A DNA stretch of 64,000 nucleotides from Octopus vulgaris (lineage: Eukaryota), in contig OX597836.1 in assembly GCA_951406725.2 (NCBI GenBank), positions 6,324,001-6,388,000 of the forward strand, given 5' to 3'. The notes below the pieces were generated by a model, which had not been told where the DNA came from, ran no database searches, and was given only the letters and a program-made list of their open reading frames with translations. The position numbers were made by a program, and so were the translations under genes. Positions 52,958 through 64,000 of this stretch are shown here, piece by piece (the first letter of the stretch is position 1; the number at the start of each line of letters is the position of its first letter).

Positions 52958-53797
52958 CTGTAATCAAAGCAAGAATTAAACATGGCGTTACTGAAATCAT
53001 TTAAAATGACTGTTAACATACCTAAAGCAAAGAGATTTTTAATATAACCACCCTCTCTCCATCCCTCCGTCTCTTCATCCATCCATCCATCCATCGGCCC
53101 ATCTTCTTGGCCCTCAGGAACATAACTAAATTCCGCAATTTATCAAGTTGCACTTGTGATTCGCTGTGTGGCCATTCCGTTGGGGATTCGCCGGTATAAT
53201 TTCTCACTACGTAAGGACCGGGAATAAATACCGATGCCTTAGCGCGTCTGCCGCCTTAATAACAACAACAACAACAACAACAACAACAATAACAACAATA
53301 ATAATAATAATAATAAATTCTTTTATTGGCCTCAAGGGCTTACATAAAAACAACATGAAATGACAATAATAATAATAATAATAATAATTATAATAATAAT
53401 AAGAAAAAGAAGAAGAAGAAGAAGAAGAAGAAGAAGAAGAAGAAGAAGAAGAAGAAGAAGAAGAAGAAGAAGAAGAAGAAGAAGAGGAGGAAGAGGAGGA
53501 GGAGGAAAAAGAAGAAGAATTGAGACCTCTGACAACAGACAGTTGTCTGCTGTCAAAGAATCTATCAGAGCAAACATGACCGAGTGCTCTGAGAAGTAAA
53601 ACAACAACAGCAACAACAACAACAGCAGCAACAACAGCTGCAGCAACAACAACAACAGCTAGATATTTTGTTTGGTGAGTTATCCTCCTCCCTTAGCAAA
53701 ACATCGCTTTTCGATCCGAACAAAGATGACCGCCAGTTTTTTGGCCGTTCGCGGAAAAACAATGGAATAAAGGGACAATTCGTGTCTATATACTCAC

Positions 53798-53889
53798 ATC
53801 AATGGCATTTCTTCGTAATCCCGAAAGTACTTATCCAGCTTGGATCTGATGTTCTTGATAATCTCTTTATATTTCTTAAATATTTCATC
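53798..53889 (-). CDS. DUF885-family protein exon
   Basis: ggcag|GAT...AT|gtgagt; 92 nt; DEIFKKYKEIIKNIRSKLDKYFRDYEEMPL. Confidence 0.9.
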
Positions 53890-54350
53890 CTGCCAAGAGA
53901 AAAACAAGAAACCGTATTTGTTAGTTTTTGACAGAAACACACGCAGCCAAGCAAATATCAAAACCCTTTCATCCAACCAAGTACGAAACAATCATTAAGC
54001 CAAGGGTTCTCAACCATTATTTATTTATTTATTTATTTTAGGACCCCCTTTGATTACTATTCTATTCTGGTTGATCCCCCAAACCATTCGATGATTAAAA
54101 ACTAGTTTTATAGAAACTCCTTACTCTTTACTCTTTTACTCTTTTACTTGTTTCAGTCATTTGACTGTGGCCATGCTGGAGCATCGCCTTTAGTCGAGCA
54201 AATCGACCCCGGGACTTATTCTTTTGTAAGCCCAGTACTTATTCTATCGGTCTCTTTTTGCCGAACCGCTAAGTAACGGGGACATAAACACACTAGCATC
54301 GGTTGTCAAGCAATGCTAGGGGGACAAACACAGACACACAAACACACACA

Positions 54351-54391
<41 letters not shown>

Positions 54392-54828
54392 GACGGGCTT
54401 CTTTCAGTTTCCGTCTACCAAATCCACTCACAAGCCTTTGGTCGGCCCGAGGCTATAGTAGAAGACACTTGCCCAAGGTGCAACGCAGTGGGACTGAACC
54501 CGGAACCATGTGGTTGGTTAGCAAGCTACTTACCACACAGCCACTCCTGCACCTATAAAATGCGAGAGAATGAATCCTAGACATTTCCTGTAATACATAA
54601 CCAATACATACATCTAAAGCAGGGGTTCTCAATCATTTTCTACCTATGGAGCCCTTTGATTACAATCCTAATCTGGGGGACCTCCATGACCATTCGATGT
54701 TTAAAAATTGGTTTTATTCTTTTATCTTTTACGTGTTCCAGTCATTATTGAGATATTTAATAAAATTCCGTTTTACTCTGTAATCTTGATATATGTAATG
54801 TAAGTATATGCATGTATGTATGAATATG

Positions 54829-54869
<41 letters not shown>

Positions 54870-55298
54870 ATGTATGTATGTGTGTGTGTGTGTAGGCATA
54901 TGTCTCTTATTCGTTCTATTCTTTTCAGCTATTAGACTGCGACCATGCTTTGCCTGCTTCAGACGTTTTTTTTTTTTTTTATGAATAGAATTATTACATC
55001 ATATGAAAAAAAAAACCGTTTTCATCAGGTGAATATATGCAAGAAATAAACACTTCAAACAATCTGAAATTCCAATGCAAATGCCATTTCATGACTCGGT
55101 GACGAAAATTCGGTCAGAGGCTCGTTGTACGTTCAGTCGGCCGTTTATGATTGTACGCACAACCGGAAAATAAATCCGGCATTTCCTTCAACAACTGTGC
55201 ATTTGTCTTCAAATAGTATTTGTACTCCAAACCGATTTCACAGACGCGACTTTGATGCTTTACTATTTACGGACCTGATTCATATGAATCCTGAACTT

Positions 55299-55379
<81 letters not shown>

Positions 55380-55384
55380 CATAT

Positions 55385-55443
<59 letters not shown>

Positions 55444-55643
55444 CATACACACACACACACACACATATATATATATGTGTGTGTGTGTGTGTATGTATGT
55501 ACATATTTTATTAAAAAGAAATATCACAAAAACTGTTACTCAGAGTTTCACGTTTGCGTTCGTCGGACAGTTTTGTTTTAGTTTAGAATCTGGTATTCGA
55601 GTATTATTTTTTCCACTTTGTTTCGCATTTATGTGCTTACTCC

Positions 55644-55753
<110 letters not shown>

Positions 55754-56002
55754 CAATGAGGGTCTTTGCAACAAGTTGCTAGACCACATACCGAAAGTAT
55801 TAGAAATAGCAGCCAGAGGACTGTTATTTCTTTTACTACAAAAATATGTCCCCATCGACAACAGTATTTGTAACTCATTATATGGCAAAAAAAACGAAGA
55901 AAAATAACGAAATCAAACAGTCCACGGTCAATTATGGACGCACGTTTCTGGATTAGAATCAAAGATTCATTTCCTTTGTCAACATTATATTCCGACCCTT
56001 TA

Positions 56003-56047
<45 letters not shown>

Positions 56048-56432
56048 GCACACACACATAGACACATACATATACGTATATATATATACACGCGCGCGCA
56101 CACACACACACACATACATATAGGAAAACTATAATTGTCATTAATACGACTAAGGGTGTTAGAAACACCTATATATATATCAGAATATACGCACGTACGT
56201 ACACACACACACACACACACATGCACACACACATTTTCACTTCTGTTTTTCTAAAACTTACAATGAGCTTCAATCTAATATATTCACTGTGACTTTTCTA
56301 GACCTTCCTTGTTTTTTCATTTTATCTTTGCTTTCCCTATACATACATATATATACACACATACATACATACATACATACATACATACATACATACATAC
56401 ATACATACATACATACATACATACATACGGAC

Positions 56433-56468
<36 letters not shown>

Positions 56469-56752
56469 TCACAACGAAAATAGCACATAAGGGCATACGC
56501 AAAAAGAGGGGCATAATCTGGCAGGAGACTACCTGAGTTATTTCCCGTGTCCCCGCCTCACAAAGCATCTCAAACGCCATTTGTATTCTAATAACTTCCG
56601 GTTTCTTCTGACAGTGGATGTTTTCATGTCTGAGAAGCGTATCTCATCATCATGACGGCATTTATACGAGAAGATTCGCAGCACATCCTCTTGGCTGTAC
56701 TATACAGTATACACACAGACAAATATATTTCATGTGTGTAAATACTTATACA

Positions 56753-56756
<4 letters not shown>

Positions 56757-56806
<50 letters not shown>

Positions 56807-56911
56807 GGGAGAGAGAGAGAGAGAGCGATATATATATATATAAAGATATATACATATACAAATACATACACATATACATATATATACATGCATACATATA
56901 TATATATGTGT

Positions 56912-56942
<31 letters not shown>

Positions 56943-57020
56943 TATATGCATACATATATACATATGTATATATATGTTATATATATATATGTATATGTAT
57001 ATATATATGTATATATGTGT

Positions 57021-57051
<31 letters not shown>

Positions 57052-57095
57052 TATATACATACATATATACATATGTATATATATATATGTATATA

Positions 57096-57178
<83 letters not shown>

Positions 57179-57179
57179 A

Positions 57180-57232
<53 letters not shown>
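56757..57232. repeat. Representative long (TA)n/(TATG)n microsatellite field; similar (TA), (CA), (TACA), (TAGA), (ATT), (GAA) and (GAT) tracts occur throughout
   Basis: Directly visible simple repeats; they generate most YI/CV/TH/poly-S/poly-R ORFs in the track. Confidence 0.95.
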
Positions 57233-57237
<5 letters not shown>

Positions 57238-57634
57238 TGTGAAAGAAATTTACTTGAGACGCATTGGCACACAGTCACATACACAGGTATATAGACACAT
57301 TTATAGAAAGGCATAAACACACACATCCATACACAGACACACAAACATAACGAGGCACATTGACCTTTGTTTGAAATTATCTACCGTTATAATTTGTTTC
57401 GTGGCATCCACACACAACAACAACAACAACAACAACAACAACAGTAACGAGAAGAACGACGACGACGAAGGCACATCAATAGTATTAATTGCAATTTAAC
57501 AATTTTAGATCGCAACAACAACAACAGCAAGAACAACAACAGCTTCAGCAGGAAGTTAAGTTTTGGGGAGAGAACTTACGCCATGTGAATTTGTTTGAAA
57601 TCGTCTTCATGTTTACTCAACGGCTATGCATATG

Positions 57635-57697
<63 letters not shown>

Positions 57698-58078
57698 TTT
57701 GTATGTTTGCAAATCTGTATATGTATATGCAGGTGTGTATGTAAGTATGTATGCATGTCGTTGCTGAGTTTTATTTCAAGGTTTCTTGCCAATAAAGAAC
57801 CGGTTTCTAACCTAGATCGAAGGCTCATTCCTTGGAATTTCGGCGTCAACAAGGAAGCCCGTCATATATATATATATATATCATCATCATCATCATCATC
57901 ATCGTCGTTTAACGTCCGCTTTCCATGCTAGCATGGGTTGGACGATTTTGTGTGAGGGCTGGCGAACCAGATGGCTGCACCAGGCTCCAATCTCGATTTA
58001 GCAGAGTTTCTACGGCTGGATGCCCTTCCTAACGCCAACCACTCAGAGAGTGTAGTGGGTGCTTTTTACGTACCACCA

Positions 58079-58126
<48 letters not shown>

Positions 58127-58297
58127 ATGCTAAATCCACTCGCAAGGCTTTGGTCGGCACGAGGTTATAGTAGAAGACACTTGCCCAAAGTGGCACGTAG
58201 TTGGATTGAACTCAGAACCATGTGGTTAGGAAACAAGCCTCTTAACACAAAGCCACTGCCTGCGCCTATACATTTATATATATATATACATACATAC

Positions 58298-58339
<42 letters not shown>

Positions 58340-58508
58340 CTGTATGTTATATTTTGATAATTACTGGTATCTTTATATATTAATATATTTTAGATGTAAA
58401 GCATATGTTATACATGTATGTGTATTCTTGTAATTGTCATTTTACTAAATAAATAAATTAGTTGTCTAAAAGTTGAAGCACCTATTGCCCCCCTCCATTT
58501 TCTTATTG

Positions 58509-58576
<68 letters not shown>

Positions 58577-58644
58577 AGGGAGAGAGAGAGAGAGAGAGAG
58601 TGAGAGTGAGAGACAGAGTGATATATACATATAGACATATAGAC

Positions 58645-58701
<57 letters not shown>

Positions 58702-59643
58702 TATGTGTGTATGTGTGTGTGCGTGTGTCTCTATGTGTATGCGTGCGTAGGTCTGCAATATGTCAGTAGTCATAATGGTCTCCATTGTTTAGTAGAGACA
58801 GTAGTTTGTTCCCGTCATAATATTTATTGCTCAGATACAACGAATAATCTTTTATGTGCAGCTGCAAGCTGCTTCACGTTGGTCATTATTTAATTGCAGA
58901 AAGCAACAAAAGCAACAGGAGCTCACTAAGGCTAATTACTCAGTGACGCTATCTGCATAAAAAAGAATAGCCAAGAGGATGTAGAGACAATTAAATAATC
59001 CCTGTTTGAAATTCTCCATCGCAAGGCCCAGTTCTTGGTGTGTTGTTTTATTTTGTGTGCCTCGATGACCCCTAGAGCTATGCAAGAGAAGGGCCAGCTC
59101 ATGCTTGAGGTGCTCATGCGTAACAGGCCAAAGAAGAAAAGGACTGACTTATAAGGACCGTCTCTTCCCGTTGAGATAGAAATAGGTTTGACTAAGGGCA
59201 AAACCCTTACCTAGAAAAAAAACAAGTAAGTTACAGAAGCAGGGGCAACATTTGAAAACCAAGACTTGGGAGAGGAAGGGCTTTCGTCAGGGAAATATTA
59301 TGACCCGTCACAGCCTGATCTGAAAGCCTTCTATCCTTTGTCTGTCCTGTTTCTCCATGTGATATACAACACATGTTTCCCTAGTATCCGTGCATCATAT
59401 ATGACGCATGGACGCCGGAGAAACACAGGAACTAAAGAATATCACCCAGATGAGTTAGTGGTTACCGTATTAGGATCACAATTCGTTTCCTTGCCGTGCA
59501 TTATGTCCTCGAACAAGACTCTTTATTTTACGTTGCTCCAAGTCCACCCAGCTAGCAACAATTACCTGCAATTCTTTTGCAATTGCAATTCTTTCGAATA
59601 AACAATTATTAGCTTCCAAATCTCTATTTCCTTCTTCTTTTAA

Positions 59644-59692
<49 letters not shown>

Positions 59693-59695
59693 GAT

Positions 59696-59774
<79 letters not shown>

Positions 59775-60044
59775 CATGGATGTATGGATGGATGGATAGA
59801 TAGATAGGATAGATTGATGGATAGACAGCTACAAATATACATACATATATACACGCACACACACATACATACATACACACATACACACACATACATACAT
59901 ACACATACATACATGCATACATACATATATACATACATACATACATACATACATACATACATACATACATGCATACATACATACATACATACATACATAC
60001 ATACATACATACATACATACATACATACATACATAGGTACGTAC

Positions 60045-60131
60045 CGCATTTTGGAGTTGAAAAGATTTGTCTTTCCCTATGGACTTCATATACTCAGCAA
60101 TACTTCCCTTAAAATTTTGTTTATTCATAAT
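60045..60131 (-). CDS. DUF885-family protein exon
   Basis: ttcag|ATT...GCG|gtacgt; 87 nt; IMNKQNFKGSIAEYMKSIGKDKSFQLQNA. Confidence 0.88.
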
Positions 60132-60592
60132 CTGAAAAATAAGAAAATATCAGGTCTTACACACGGCAAACTCATCGTAGAACTGAAGGGTAACTCATTT
60201 TGCTAAGGAAAACTTGAATGATGTGATATTTAAGAAAGCGAAGTTGTGCGCACGACGCACATCCTGTGATCTCTTCAGAGACTCTCCATTCCACTCGTGT
60301 CAAACAGAACAGCTTGAGACCAGTGGGGTGGGTCGTCGCCGACGAGGTCACGGGATTTGTGACGAAAGATTTTCGCACAATGCATATAAAATAAGCACAA
60401 TAATGAATCTGAAGAGAAGAACGAACACACAGTGCGTGTGTTTAATTGGCAAAAAAGTAATAAATGAATAAAATAAAATAAAGGAAATGAAAATGACCCT
60501 CCCGAAATATAATAATATTTGTTTCAACACACCATTTCACATCAGTAATCTTGCAAAGCAAATGTATAACTGTCTCATTCTTCAGTTTTATA

Positions 60593-61104
60593 TATTAGGT
60601 TGTCCGGAAAGTTCTGGGCGTTTTTTAATATGCAAAAAGGGATATATTTCCTGAACTTCGAACTCCTTTGCAAGTTCTCTACTCGTGATATTTGAGTTTT
60701 TCTTCGATTTTTGCCGTCACAAAATATTTTCGTTCAATTTTAAAACTAAACTCTCCAGCTTTAAATTTTGCAAACCCCCTTCGAACTGTTGATTCACCTG
60801 CAACATTATCACTATGAATATCACAAATGTGTTTCTGCTACTCTTTACGGCATTTTCTCCTTTATTAAAAAGGAAAAAAACATTACAACGCGAATATAAA
60901 ATATTCGGTTATCCATTTCAAATGTCAATAAAGGGAAACCGGAATGAAACATAAATATATTTTTTAGTCTACAACAAAGAAGAGAGGCTCTACAACTTCA
61001 AGCAGCGCCAAAATTTTAACTGTGTCACGTTTCAGGTGTGTTCAATGAAGCGTTAAAAGATTTAGCTTAAAACAAACGCTCAGAACTTTCTGGACAACTT
61101 AATA
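60593..61104. mobile_element. Non-autonomous mariner-like element
   Basis: TIRs TATTAGGTTGTCCGGAAAGTTCTG / CAGAACTTTCTGGACAACTTAATA with TA ends. Confidence 0.8.
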
Positions 61105-61109
61105 TCATA

Positions 61110-61417
61110 TCTTCTTTATATATAAAACTGAAGTTGTGTGTGTGTCTGTCTACTCCGATTTAGATTCCTAACTACTCCCACATTTTGCGGTGCAGTTTAA
61201 CCAAAAGCAGGTATCTTATAGTTGTGATTCATATCGAGCCCTTCTGGGTATTAGCGCGCGTGTACGATGAGTCTACGATTTAAAAAAAAAATTACCATCA
61301 TTTTTCCGCATTTTTAATGATTTTTTTGCTCGGTTTATATAAGGGAAGTAACTCTCTAAAAATGCTTATATAGTTATTTCCCTTACAAACCCGAGCAACG
61401 CCGGGCGATACTGCTAG
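61110..61417 (+). mobile_element. Non-autonomous Helitron
   Basis: A|TC 5' end; 3' hairpin CCCGAGCAACGCCGGG followed by CTAG|T. Confidence 0.75.
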
Positions 61418-61486
61418 TAATCGGCGAAGAAAGTCTTGGAGATCGAAACAAGGCAAAACAACTATGAAATGGGCAAATGAACTTAC

Positions 61487-61648
61487 GGCCTTTACACGTT
61501 TCTTAATTCTTTTTGCTTCATCGAGACCCAGCTGGTGCACACGGTCCGCTGTGACGTTACTGTCAAGATGCCAACCTAAGTATTGTTGGTACATGTCTTC
61601 ATGCCAAGAGTTAATAGATATGTCCTCCCTTGTCGCCGGCAGGTATTT
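61487..61648 (-). CDS. DUF885-family protein exon
   Basis: atcag|AAA...GCC|gtaagt; 162 nt; KYLPATREDISINSWHEDMYQQYLGWHLDSNVTADRVHQLGLDEAKRI (YLP..R...H.LGL.E..RI motif). Confidence 0.93.
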
Positions 61649-61880
61649 CTGATAACGAAAACAAAAAGAAAAACAAACTCTATGGAATATCTGTGTATAC
61701 ATACATTACATACTTTACATACATACATTACATACATACATACGTACATACATACATACACACACACATACATACATACATACATACATACATACATACA
61801 TACATACATACATACATACATACATGCATACATGCATACACACATACATACAAAGATGCACATTCGTGTGTGTGTGTGTG

Positions 61881-61938
<58 letters not shown>

Positions 61939-62422
61939 CTCTTTTTACTCTTCTACTTGTTTCAGTCATTTGACTGCGGCCATGCTGGAGCACCGCATTT
62001 AGTCGAGAATTCTACCCCGGAACTTATTCTTTGTAAGCCCAGTACTTATTCTATCGGTCTCTTTTGCCGAACCGCTAAGTGACGGCGACGTAAACACATC
62101 AGCATCGGTTGTAAAGCAATGCTAGGGGGACAAACACAGACACACAAACATACACACACACATATATATATACATATATACGACAGTCTTCTTTCGGCCC
62201 GAGGCTATAGTAGAAGACACTTGCCCAAGATGCCACGCAGTGGGACTGAACCCGGAACCATGTGGTTGGTAAGAAGCTACTACCATAATTATAAGCACAC
62301 ACTTCACACACAAATTTAGAAAAAGCAGTTAAAACTAGCTATTTCTCTACCATAAGAAACACTACCCCCTCCCACATATATATAAATGTATATATCTATC
62401 TATCTATATCTATCTATCTATA

Positions 62423-62461
<39 letters not shown>

Positions 62462-62474
62462 ATCTATCTATCTA

Positions 62475-62510
<36 letters not shown>

Positions 62511-62635
62511 TTATCGTATACATGACATGAAAACAAAATATTATGTAAAGAATTTCATTAGCTCCTTAAGCGTTTTCCTCTACTGATCCTCAGGCACAAC
62601 CAGCATGACGCTGCTGTTGTTTTTGTTGTTGTTAT

Positions 62636-62680
<45 letters not shown>

Positions 62681-62779
62681 CGACGATGATGATGACGATG
62701 ATGATGATGATGACGAAGATGATGATGACGACGACGAAGATAAGGAGAAGGAGGGTGAAGAGAACATGACGGTACTCAC

Positions 62780-62861
62780 GGATTTTATGAAGTCCAGAAA
62801 CTCTCCATAAGCGACCATCGCCTTTGAAATAGTCTCATTGCCTTTTCTCTCCAATTTGAGT
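62780..62861 (-). CDS. DUF885-family protein, most 5' exon in window (gene continues beyond 64000)
   Basis: gacag|A...TCC|gtgagt; 82 nt; LKLERKGNETISKAMVAYGEFLDFIKS joins in frame to KYLP. Confidence 0.85.
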
Positions 62862-63190
62862 CTGTCAAATCAAAATCGAAAGGGAATTCATTCTGATTAG
62901 CTTTCAGCAAAATAGCATCACACACACACATACACATGCATACACACATACCCACCCATATACACGCGCGCAAACACACACACTTATACTCACAAAATGA
63001 TTGTATATATCCCCAACAACATACACACACACACACACATATATGACACTAAAAATAAGAATGGAGAATTATATATCCTCAAAGCTTGTTTATTGCAGTA
63101 TTATATACAATATCTTCATTTTAAATCTCCGTCTGACACGTGTTTCTACTGCAAAGAAATCCTAGGATATCTATCTATCTATCTATCGAT

Positions 63191-63232
<42 letters not shown>

Positions 63233-63893
63233 TATATATATATGTATGTGTGTGTGTGTGTGTGCGCGCGCGCGTATGTGTGTGTGTGTGCGCGCGTGTG
63301 TGTGTGTGTGTGTGCGTGTGTGGTAAGATATAAAAATTTGAAAGTGAGATTTTTCGCCATTGTTTTTCCGTGCTCCGTTTTTCAAGATTTTCTACGCTCG
63401 TAAAGATTTCATTGAAGTATGCTATATATATACATACTTACATATATATATATATAAGAAATTAAAAGAGAAAAATACGTACACTTACATGGTTTTAATA
63501 TAATTTTTAATACATCGACCGGTTTCGCTTTCGCTATTCATGATATAATGTTTAATTTATATGAATATATACTTTTTCTTAAGAAGAAATTTGGTCCATG
63601 TTGTTTGTGATGAAATTCACGAGTGAATGACTTTACAAGTAGACAAATATATATGTATGTATATCAAAAAATTTGAAGTTGAAGGTGTGCTAACGATTAG
63701 ATAGAGACAGAATGAAAGAGAGAGAGAGAGAGAGAGAGAGAGACAAGCAGAAGGAGACGGAGAGAACAGGAAAAAGATTAGAACGTCTGATGTCAAATAT
63801 GTAACGTCGAATTGGTGACGCCAAATTGCCGGCGCCAAAACTGCTGTGCCAAAACATCTCATACCCATAAATGTATTGGTATAGGACCGAATG

Positions 63894-63943
<50 letters not shown>

Positions 63944-64000
63944 AAATGTAGGATGGTGGAGGCGAGGTGGGGGAGAAAATGTATTATAGTTTGTAAAATA

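Noticed and set aside
57580-57636. Possible minus-strand exon ending in a gtaagt donor
   Set aside because: Phase is incompatible with the flanking DUF885 exons, other frames contain stops, and there is no family similarity.
58932-59330. 89-aa minus-strand ORF as an additional DUF885 exon
   Set aside because: Exons 60045-60131 and 53798-53889 already join in frame without a gap; the block looks like a LINE 5' region on the + strand.

Overview
Eukaryotic, AT- and microsatellite-rich DNA whose SINE/LINE families look like an Octopus (coleoid cephalopod) genome; the species call is an inference. Almost every ORF in the supplied track is a microsatellite or repeat artefact. Two multi-exon genes can be assembled by hand from GT-AG splice sites with consistent phases. 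Both lack their 5' ends in this window and they converge tail to tail. (1) + strand: an ACP6-type lysophosphatidic acid / histidine acid phosphatase, 10 exons, 4810-33146, about 389 aa in the window. (2) - strand: a DUF885-family putative zinc metallopeptidase, 11 exons, 62861-41200, about 400 aa in the window, with HEAVPGHH, EGW and RLVIDTGIH motifs and a hydrophobic C-terminal tail. The most striking unannotated signal is a pair of sense-strand type I hammerhead ribozymes at 11279-11370 and 11945-11988, which bracket one 131-nt ACP6 coding exon. One has a canonical core and the other has the compensatory U3-A8 core. Several further degenerate Penelope-type hammerheads, a decayed Naiad/Neptune-type Penelope RT, RTE and Tx1/L1 fragments, mariner, piggyBac, hAT, Merlin/MULE-like MITEs and Helitrons fill the introns.
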